Assembly: GCA_022837245.1 (NCBI GenBank)
Contig: JALHHX010000001.1
Coordinates: 1-51,451, forward strand
Source: Lentisphaerota bacterium
Lineage (GTDB): Bacteria > Verrucomicrobiota > Kiritimatiellia > RFP12 > UBA3636
DNA length: 51,451 bases
Direction: 5' to 3'
Under the pieces are notes generated by a model. The model made no database searches. It saw nothing but the letters and a program-made list of their open reading frames with translations, and had not been told where the DNA came from. Below, piece after piece: positions 7,833-14,756 of this stretch (position 1 is the first letter of the stretch; each line of letters starts with the position of its first letter). The translations under genes were made by a program, and so were the position numbers.

Positions 7833-9635
7833 ATGGCAAAGAGCAACACACGTCTGGAACTAACCTGGATCGGCAAGGAGAACCGGCCCAAACTGGAGCC
7901 GCGCATCCTGCTCGAGGACCCGGAGAAGTCGTATCACGCCGCCCAGCGGGTGACGGACAACGACATCTTCGATAATCGCCTGATCTTCGGCGACAACCTG
8001 CTCGCCCTCAAGGCGCTCGAACAGGAATTCGGGGGTAGGATCAAGTGCATTTACATCGATCCACCATTCAACACGGGATCCGCCTTTGAGCACTATGACG
8101 ATGGTGTTGAGCACTCACTGTGGCTCGCCCTTATGCGTGACCGCTTCGAGAGCCTGAGGCGACTGATGACAAACGACGGGTTGTTCTTCCTTCACTTGGA
8201 TGACGGGGAGATGGCCTACGCGAAGGTGCTCCTTGACGAAGTCTTTGGCCGCTTTAATTACTGCAACACCATTTGCATGACGACGAACGACCCCTCGGGT
8301 TTCAAAGCAACTGGTGCGACCGTGTTTTCGACGGCGAACTATCTGCTGGTCTATGCGAAGGATAAATCGACTGCCCCAATGCGCAAGGTGTTCATTGAAA
8401 AGTCCTATGATACTGCATACTCAAAGGTTCTTGCAGATAGAGCAGCCTCGTATGATCGGTGGTCGTGGGAGGGCATCAATGACGTCGTGGCACGTGAACT
8501 GGGCTTTGACTCGGTGCGCACGGCCAAACGTGAGGTGGGCGATGCGTTCGAGGACGAAGTAGCACGGTTCGCGGTCACGAACGCCGAAAGGGTGTTTCAG
8601 ACGGCTGCGATAGGGGGTGGCGCAGCGATCAAGAGGGCTGCTACCATTCGCCAGTCAATGCAAGAGCGCCAGCGGGTGTTTGTTCATCCCGGCGAGGATG
8701 TCCCTGACTTCTACATTCTAAACGGCAGGCAGATTCTGTTTTATGACAAGCGGCTTATTGAGATCGATGGCCGTCGGATACCCGGTGAAATCGTTACTGA
8801 CGTCTGGACGGACATCTCGTGGAACGGCATCAGCAATGAAGGATCAGTTGAATTCAAGAACGGAAAGAAGCCGGAACTCCTGATTAAGCGTGTGTTGGAC
8901 ATGGCGACCGGTCCCGGAGACATCGTCCTCGATTCCTTCGCCGGTTCCGGGACGACCGGAGCTGTTGCCCACAAGATGGGCCGCCGGTGGATCATGGTGG
9001 AACTTGGGGAGCACTGCCACACGCACATCATCCCCCGGATGAGGAAAGTGATTGATGGCGAGGACCAGGGTGGGATCAGCAAGGCAGTCAACTGGAAGGG
9101 CGGCGGCGGGTTCCGGTACTATCGGCTCGGACCCTCCCTTATCGTCAATGATGAGTGGGAGAATCCAGTCATCAACCCTGATTTCAACGCCACGATGCTG
9201 GCCGAGGCGATGTGCAAGCTGGAGGGCTTCACCTTCGAGCCGAACGCCGACATCTACTGGCAGCAGGGCCGAAGCTCGGAGACGGACTTCATCTACGTGA
9301 CCACACAGATGATGACGAAGGAGATGCTGACGAAGCTCAGCGACGAAGTCGGGCCGAATAGAAGCCTGCTGATCTGCTGCGGGGCGTTCCGCTGCGATGT
9401 AAGCCAGTTCGAGAACCTGACCGTGAAGAAGATTCCGAAGGCAGTCCTCAAGAAGTGCGAGTGGGGCCACGACGACTACTCGTTGGAGATCCGCAACCTA
9501 CCGGTGAGAATCGAAGAGAGATTAACCGCAGATGACGCAGATGAACGCAGATTGGGAAAGCGGGTTAGAAAGTTTGGGAAAGGCAAGGATTTAGGGCCTA
9601 TGCTGTTTGATTTTGCCGAGGACACATCATCATGA
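7833..9635 (+). CDS. mod: type III-like DNA methyltransferase (Mod; beta-class N6-adenine or N4-cytosine MTase)
   Basis: Motif IV (IYIDPPFNTG) precedes motif I (VLDSFAGSGTTGAVAHKMGRRWIMVEL). This order is typical of N6_N4_Mtase / type III Mod. The start was moved to the ATG at 7833, after AAGGA. Confidence 0.88.
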   Translation: MAKSNTRLELTWIGKENRPKLEPRILLEDPEKSYHAAQRVTDNDIFDNRLIFGDNLLALKALEQEFGGRIKCIYIDPPFNTGSAFEHYDDGVEHSLWLALMRDRFESLRRLMTNDGLFFLHLDDGEMAYAKVLLDEVFGRFNYCNTICMTTNDPSGFKATGATVFSTANYLLVYAKDKSTAPMRKVFIEKSYDTAYSKVLADRAASYDRWSWEGINDVVARELGFDSVRTAKREVGDAFEDEVARFAVTNAERVFQTAAIGGGAAIKRAATIRQSMQERQRVFVHPGEDVPDFYILNGRQILFYDKRLIEIDGRRIPGEIVTDVWTDISWNGISNEGSVEFKNGKKPELLIKRVLDMATGPGDIVLDSFAGSGTTGAVAHKMGRRWIMVELGEHCHTHIIPRMRKVIDGEDQGGISKAVNWKGGGGFRYYRLGPSLIVNDEWENPVINPDFNATMLAEAMCKLEGFTFEPNADIYWQQGRSSETDFIYVTTQMMTKEMLTKLSDEVGPNRSLLICCGAFRCDVSQFENLTVKKIPKAVLKKCEWGHDDYSLEIRNLPVRIEERLTADDADERRLGKRVRKFGKGKDLGPMLFDFAEDTSS

Positions 9636-10096
9636 GTTCTGACCATCTTCTGCGACAATCTGCGCCATCTGCGGTTCACCAAGACTCTGCGCCATCCGTG
9701 GTTTCCCGCGACCCGGAGACGTTTGCCATCATTGGCGCTGCAATGGAAGTTCACAGTGTCCTCGGTAACGGCTTTCTTGAAGCTGTTTATCAGGACGCTC
9801 TTGAACGAGAGTTTGTCATGCGCGGCATTCCGTATCAGCGTGAGCAACCCATCCCGGTCTTGTACAAGGGATGCCAACTGTCCACGCCCTATAGGGCTGA
9901 TTTCGTCTGCTATGACGGCATCATTGTAGAGCTGAAGGCCATCAAGAAGCTAACGGAAATCGAAGACGCGCAAGTGCTGCACTATCTCAAAGCCACGGAC
10001 CTCGATCGGGCGCTTCTGTTCAACTTCGCCACCCCGCGTCTTGAGCATAAGCGTTTCGTAAATCACTATCTGCGTGAATCTGCGTCATCTGCGGTT
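9524..10096 (+). mobile_element. possible MITE-like cassette carrying the GxxExxY gene, bounded by inverted ATCTGCG/CGCAGAT heptamer arrays
   Basis: CGCAGAT occurs 3 times, starting at 9527, 9536 and 9546. ATCTGCG occurs 3 times, starting at 10068, 10078 and 10087. 9524-9542 (AACCGCAGATGACGCAGAT) is the perfect reverse complement of 10078-10096. An extra direct array of the heptamer lies at 9649-9691. Confidence 0.4.
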
Positions 10097-10117
10097 CAAA
10101 TCGGAGCCCATTCATGA
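9632..10117 (+). CDS. GxxExxY family protein (PD-(D/E)XK nuclease superfamily)
   Basis: GNGFLEAVYQDAL contains the GxxExxY signature. YRADFVCYDGIIVELKA provides the D...ExK nuclease-like core. ATGA overlaps at both ends (9632 and 10114). Confidence 0.85.
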   Translation: MSSDHLLRQSAPSAVHQDSAPSVVSRDPETFAIIGAAMEVHSVLGNGFLEAVYQDALEREFVMRGIPYQREQPIPVLYKGCQLSTPYRADFVCYDGIIVELKAIKKLTEIEDAQVLHYLKATDLDRALLFNFATPRLEHKRFVNHYLRESASSAVQIGAHS

Positions 10118-12834
10118 GCATTCAACACATCAATTCCATCAGCAATCGCCTGAGTCTACGGCCTCCCCAGCGGGACTCTCTCGAAATCCTGGCCCGGGTC
10201 TGCGAGATCATCGAGTTGTCGAAGGACGCCGATCCCGTCGCGGCTCTGACGGCGATCAAGAGCGAGTTTTCCACGGTTGATGACTTTGAGCGGGAGTTCC
10301 CATCGCTGTGCTTCGCGATTGCCACAGGCGTCGGGAAAACACGGCTCATGGGTGCGTTCATCGCCTACCTCTACCAGTCCGAGGGCATCCGCAACTTCTT
10401 CGTGTTGGCTCCGAACCTCACGATCTACAACAAGCTGATCGCCGACTTCACACCCAACACGCCGAAGTATGTCTTCAAGGGAATTGGCGAGTTCGCCGTT
10501 CATCCCCCTCTCGTGGTGACCGGCGACACCTACGAGGACGGGCGCGGTGTGCGGCGCGACGATCAACTCCCCGGCGTGGACTGGGGCCACGATGTCCACA
10601 TCAACATCTTCAACATCTCGAAGATCAACAGCGAGGTGCGGGGCGGCAGCGCCCCCCGTATCAAGCGGCTCAGCGAGTACATCGGCCAGAGCTACTTCGA
10701 TTATCTCGCCGGGCTGGAAGACCTGGTCATGCTGATGGACGAGAGCCATCGCTATCGGGCCACGGCAGGCGTGCGGGCGATCAACGAACTGAAGCCGATT
10801 CTCGGCCTGGAACTGACCGCGACGCCGCAAGTCGAGACCGGCGGGCGGGCGGTGCCATTCAAGAACGTGATTTACAGCTACCCGCTGTCCTCGGCAATGA
10901 CGGATGGGTTCGTCAAAGAACCCGCCGTGGCGACCCGCGAGAACTTCGATCCGAACGCATATTCGGCCGAGGGTCTGGAGAAGGTGAAGCTCGAGGACGG
11001 CGTGCGGATTCACGAGAACACGAAGGTCGAGTTGGAGGTCTACGCCCGCAACAACGACAAGACCATCGTCAAGCCGTTCATGCTGGTCGTGGCGACCGAC
11101 ACGGCGCACGCCAATGCCCTTCAACAGGTCATCGAGGGCGACGGGTTCTTCGAGGGGCGGTACAAGGGCAAAGTCATCCAGGTCCACTCCAACATCCGGG
11201 GCGAGGAGAAGGACGATGTCGTCCAACAACTCTTGACTGTCGAGCACGCCGACAACCCGGTGGAGATTGTCATCCACGTCAACATGCTCAAGGAAGGCTG
11301 GGACGTGACCAACCTCTACACGATTGTTCCGCTGCGGGCGGCGAACTCCCGGACACTCGTGGAACAGTCCATCGGGCGCGGTTTGCGCCTCCCCTACGGC
11401 AAGCGTGTGGGCGTTCCGGCGGTCGACCGGCTGACGATTGTTTCGCACGACAAGTTCCAGGAGATCGTCGACCACGCCAACGATCCGGACTCCATCATCC
11501 GGGCGGGTGTGGTGATCGGGCGGGATATTCCCGAGGCCGGTCGGAAGGCCGTGGAGGTGAAGAGCGCCTTCGAGCACGCTATCTCGGGAGGCACTGTCCC
11601 CGCGCGGCCAGCGGCTCCCGGACAGCCAGCGGCAGAACAGAGAACGCTCTTCGAAAAGCCGGAGGAACAGGCTGTCGCCAAGGCGACCTACCAGGTCATC
11701 AAACAGTACGAGCGACTCAAGGGCAGCGATCAACTCCAGGACACGGCCGTCCAGGCGGAGATCGTGCAGAAAGTCCAGGAGATCGTCCGGCCCGCACAAG
11801 GGGTGCTGGAAGGCATTACCGAAGTCGTGAACGTGGCCGAGGTGGTGCGCGAAACCACGGAACTGTACCGGGCGCTCTCCATCGACGTGCCGAAGATCGT
11901 GGTCGTTCCCAAGGGCGAGGTCACGTGCGGCTACGAAGACTTCGACCTGGACGTTCGTAACGTCAACCAGCAACCCGTCGAGCAGAGCATACTCATCAAG
12001 CAACTGCACGACCAAGGACTTTATCGGCTCATGGACGGCAGCGGTATCATCGCGGAGAAGCGGCCCGAGGACTACCTGGTGCGCGGCCTGATTGACTTCG
12101 ACGATGTCAGTTACGACGAGCACGCGGCGCTCCTGTACAAGCTCGCCGGGCAGGTCGTGGCGCGGCTTCGGTCGTATCTGTCGGAAGAAGACGACGTAAC
12201 CAATGTCCTCCAGTTCCACCAGCAGGCGCTCGTAAACCTAATCCACGCTCAGATGCAGCAGCACTACGTCGAATCCGCGAGCGCCTATGAGGCCCACGTA
12301 ACGCGGGGATTCCGCACCTTGCGCTCGAACAATTACTCGGCGGCCGCCGACGAGAACGTGCGGGATTTCCGGGCGACGATTCCGGAGGGCCAGCGCAACC
12401 GTATCGGCACGATGGTCTTCGGCGGTTTCTTCAAGTGCCTGTATCCGATCCAAAAGTTCGATTCCGACCCGGAGCGCCGGTTCGCGGTGATCCTGGAGAA
12501 CGAAGCCGACGTGCTGAAGTGGTTCAAGCCCGCCAAGGGCGACTTCCAGATTCACTACAGCCACGAGGAATCCTACGAACCCGACTTCGTCGTGGAGACG
12601 ACGACGGAAAAGCTCCTCTGCGAGCCGAAGCGGGCAAACGAAATGACTGACGAGGTCGTGCTGGCCAAGGCCGATGCGGCGGCTACCTGGAGTAAACACG
12701 CCACGTCACACGCCAATGAGAACGGCGGCAAGCCCTGGCGCTATCTCCTGATCCCTCACGACCAGATACAGGATCAGATGACCCTTGCCGGGCTGGCCGC
12801 GCGGCACGAGGTGCGGGCGAAAAGTGATGTGTGA
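10114..12834 (+). CDS. res: type III restriction enzyme Res subunit (SF2 helicase plus C-terminal PD-(D/E)XK endonuclease motif)
   Basis: Motif I FAIATGVGKTRLMG; motif II LVMLMDESHRY; motif III LELTATP; motifs V-VI NMLKEGWDVTNLYTIVPLR...EQSIGRGLRLPYG. C-terminal YEPDFVVE...LCEPKRA fits PD...ExK. Confidence 0.9.
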   Translation: MSIQHINSISNRLSLRPPQRDSLEILARVCEIIELSKDADPVAALTAIKSEFSTVDDFEREFPSLCFAIATGVGKTRLMGAFIAYLYQSEGIRNFFVLAPNLTIYNKLIADFTPNTPKYVFKGIGEFAVHPPLVVTGDTYEDGRGVRRDDQLPGVDWGHDVHINIFNISKINSEVRGGSAPRIKRLSEYIGQSYFDYLAGLEDLVMLMDESHRYRATAGVRAINELKPILGLELTATPQVETGGRAVPFKNVIYSYPLSSAMTDGFVKEPAVATRENFDPNAYSAEGLEKVKLEDGVRIHENTKVELEVYARNNDKTIVKPFMLVVATDTAHANALQQVIEGDGFFEGRYKGKVIQVHSNIRGEEKDDVVQQLLTVEHADNPVEIVIHVNMLKEGWDVTNLYTIVPLRAANSRTLVEQSIGRGLRLPYGKRVGVPAVDRLTIVSHDKFQEIVDHANDPDSIIRAGVVIGRDIPEAGRKAVEVKSAFEHAISGGTVPARPAAPGQPAAEQRTLFEKPEEQAVAKATYQVIKQYERLKGSDQLQDTAVQAEIVQKVQEIVRPAQGVLEGITEVVNVAEVVRETTELYRALSIDVPKIVVVPKGEVTCGYEDFDLDVRNVNQQPVEQSILIKQLHDQGLYRLMDGSGIIAEKRPEDYLVRGLIDFDDVSYDEHAALLYKLAGQVVARLRSYLSEEDDVTNVLQFHQQALVNLIHAQMQQHYVESASAYEAHVTRGFRTLRSNNYSAAADENVRDFRATIPEGQRNRIGTMVFGGFFKCLYPIQKFDSDPERRFAVILENEADVLKWFKPAKGDFQIHYSHEESYEPDFVVETTTEKLLCEPKRANEMTDEVVLAKADAAATWSKHATSHANENGGKPWRYLLIPHDQIQDQMTLAGLAARHEVRAKSDV

Positions 12835-12843
12835 AGTGCACCG

Positions 12844-13392
12844 ATGGGGCACATCCGACTTGGACAACTGCCGCGAACGCGCAAATGGCGGGACGTCGCT
12901 GAACTCGTCGCCGTTGGCGCGGACGTGTCCCAAGTCGCCAATGCCACGATCCGGGCGGCCGACTCTGCATTCTCATTCGTCAACAACGATTCCGGTTACA
13001 ACCAGGCCGTCTGGCTGATGACCCAGCTTGGCCTCGCCGCCGGGGAGAAGGACCCGCTGAAGTATCTGCGGTCCCAGGGGATCGACATCCCCGACAACAC
13101 GTCGTTGCCCGGCGTGGCCGCCGCGATCACTCAGGCGTTGGACAATCATTCAGAGTCCAACGGCGGGCATTCCGCTTTGGGCGAACGAGCCGCATCCCCG
13201 GCCATTCGACGGTGGCTCTGCCGCCATTGCGCCAAGCGATGGAGCCCCGTCTTACCCTCGTTTGGAATCACCCTCTTCGGTGTCCAGTATTTGACGAAAG
13301 AAATCCGCCTGATGAACCGCCCCAGTTTCGCTTGGTGTCTTTTCTATTTGACGAATTGCGGGTATCGGTCTTTGGAAAGTCTTTGGATTTAG
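12844..13392 (+). CDS. hypothetical protein, possibly a degraded or truncated gene remnant
   Basis: The first ~115 aa (MGHIRLGQLPRTRKWRDVAELV...) look protein-like. The C-terminal ~65 aa are Cys/Trp/Arg-rich and look non-native, and an alternative frame (13212-13412) looks equally plausible. The base composition appears to become more AT-rich after ~13250. Confidence 0.3.
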   Translation: MGHIRLGQLPRTRKWRDVAELVAVGADVSQVANATIRAADSAFSFVNNDSGYNQAVWLMTQLGLAAGEKDPLKYLRSQGIDIPDNTSLPGVAAAITQALDNHSESNGGHSALGERAASPAIRRWLCRHCAKRWSPVLPSFGITLFGVQYLTKEIRLMNRPSFAWCLFYLTNCGYRSLESLWI

Positions 13393-13650
13393 AACCTGAG
13401 ACCGGTCATTGACAGCACCATGTCTGCGGCCATCGCCTTTGGGATAATCTTTGCCGCTCATTATTAAACACGCATCAAGTTTACTTGCCACATCCATGGT
13501 GGTACATTGACGATGTTTCTTCGGCGTGTTATTCACCGGATGTTTTTTGCAGGGGGTTTTTCACATAAATGTGCAATAGGAATTGCTTAAACGTTGCTTA
13601 CAACCCCTAAAAACTCCTCAAAACGGCTCTTTCATGTGGTCAAGAACATG

Positions 13651-13688
13651 AGAAAAGAAAAGCCTCGCAAGCCGCGGCTTGCAAGGCT
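13651..13688 (-). terminator. intrinsic terminator of tRNA-Lys
   Basis: The minus strand reads AGCCTTGCAAGC-CGCG-GCTTGCGAGGCT (12-bp stem with one G-U pair), followed by TTTTCTTTTCTC. It begins 8 nt after the tRNA 3' end. Confidence 0.7.
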
Positions 13689-13695
13689 TGTGAGA

Positions 13696-13771
13696 TGGTG
13701 AGACGTCCGGGGTTCGAACCCGGGACCCCGTGATTAAAAGTCACGTGCTCTACCGACTGAGCTAACGTCCC
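13696..13771 (-). tRNA. tRNA-Lys (anticodon UUU), 76 nt with encoded CCA
   Basis: The minus strand reads GGGACGT-TA-GCTC-AGTCGGTA-GAGC-A-CGTGA-CTTTTAA-TCACG-GGGTC-CCGGG-TTCGAAC-CCCGG-ACGTCTC-A-CCA. It folds by hand into a cloverleaf, and the anticodon loop CTTTTAA gives TTT. Confidence 0.92.
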
Positions 13772-13938
13772 GCAAGATTTGCTTGTTTCGGGAAGCTTCT
13801 GGCTCCCTGAAACACTTCGGCTTGGGAAATTACCATTATAACCCCGCGATGTCAATTTCATTTTTCTATGAATCGTCCCCGCAAAGGAGTACAATGTGCC
13901 GGTATTTTGGAAGTAGAGGAGGCGACCGACGGAAGCAG

Positions 13939-14691
13939 ATGAACACGATTGTCATAAAGACACCGGAAGAAATAGAAATGATGCGCCAGGCGGGCGGCAA
14001 GGCGGCGGAGGTGTTGAGAATAGTCTGCGACGCCGTCAAACCAGGGGTCACCACCAAGGAGCTGGACGATCTCGCGCTGCAAACGATGGAGGGTCTCGGC
14101 GTCACAAGTGCTTTCCTCAACTACATGGGCTATCCGGCGCAGACATGCATTTCGGTGAACGACACGGTTATACACGGCATACCGGGCAACAGGAAGATCA
14201 AGGATGGCGACATCGTTAGCATCGACGTCGGCGTTTGGCACAATGGGTTCGTTGGCGACAACGCAAAGACCGTGATGGTCAACGTCACTGATCCGGAAGT
14301 CAAGGCGCTCGTGCATAACACGGAGGCGGCACTGATGGCCGGCGTAGCCGAGGCGAAGCCCGGAGGCAGGCTCGGGGACATCTCGCATGCCGTGGAGGTT
14401 ATGGCGAATAAGAGCAAATTGTCCGTGGTCCGCGAATTCGTCGGCCACGGCTGCGGCCGCAAAATGCACGAGGAGCCGCAAATTCCCAATTATGGGCCTT
14501 CGGGCCGCGGGCCGCTGTTGCGCGAAGGCATGGTGCTCTGCATCGAGCCGATGCTCAACCTTGGCGCACGCAGAATACGCACGCTTGATGACGGCTGGAC
14601 GGTGGTGACAGCGGACGGCAAGCCCTCGGCGCATTTTGAACACATGGTGGCCATAACGGCTGACGGGCCGGAAATCCTGACGCCACGATAA
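13939..14691 (+). CDS. map: type I methionine aminopeptidase
   Basis: IKTPEEIEMMRQAG...VIHGIPG...GDIVSIDVG...GFVGD...FVGHGCGRKMHEEP...CIEPM...HFEHMV are typical Map metal-ligand blocks. The start was set to the ATG at 13939, after GAGGAGG. Confidence 0.92.
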   Translation: MNTIVIKTPEEIEMMRQAGGKAAEVLRIVCDAVKPGVTTKELDDLALQTMEGLGVTSAFLNYMGYPAQTCISVNDTVIHGIPGNRKIKDGDIVSIDVGVWHNGFVGDNAKTVMVNVTDPEVKALVHNTEAALMAGVAEAKPGGRLGDISHAVEVMANKSKLSVVREFVGHGCGRKMHEEPQIPNYGPSGRGPLLREGMVLCIEPMLNLGARRIRTLDDGWTVVTADGKPSAHFEHMVAITADGPEILTPR

Positions 14692-14756
14692 CGCCCCCCC
14701 CGGGCGAAATCCCGGGATCCGCCAAAACTCCCCCAACAACCTAATCAAGGGGACTG

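Noticed and set aside
10156-12219. 687-aa minus-strand ORF and 550-aa plus-strand ORF (10308-11960) inside res
   Set aside because: Both overlap the Res gene, which carries clear helicase motifs. Their translations are Arg/Gly/Pro-rich nonsense, consistent with GC-driven shadow ORFs.
2535-12834. Classifying the locus as DISARM or BREX because of the SNF2 helicase plus methylase
   Set aside because: No DUF1998 or PLD-domain gene (DISARM) and no PglZ, BrxC or BrxL-type gene (BREX) is present. The helicase-nuclease at 10114-12834 has the Res architecture with a PD...ExK tail. The core is therefore better described as type III R-M with accessory genes.
13252-13536. 94-aa minus-strand ORF in the spacer before tRNA-Lys
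   Set aside because: It has no RBS and no recognisable motifs, and it overlaps the degraded end of the 12844 ORF. It is probably spurious.
13651-13771. Idea that the defence operon is a genomic island integrated into the 3' end of tRNA-Lys
   Set aside because: The tRNA 3' end does face the operon. However, the tRNA is followed immediately by its own canonical terminator, no integrase is present in the window, and I found no direct repeat of the tRNA 3' segment by eye in 1-13650. Adjacency alone is insufficient. It stays an open possibility only if an integrase or att repeat lies left of the window.
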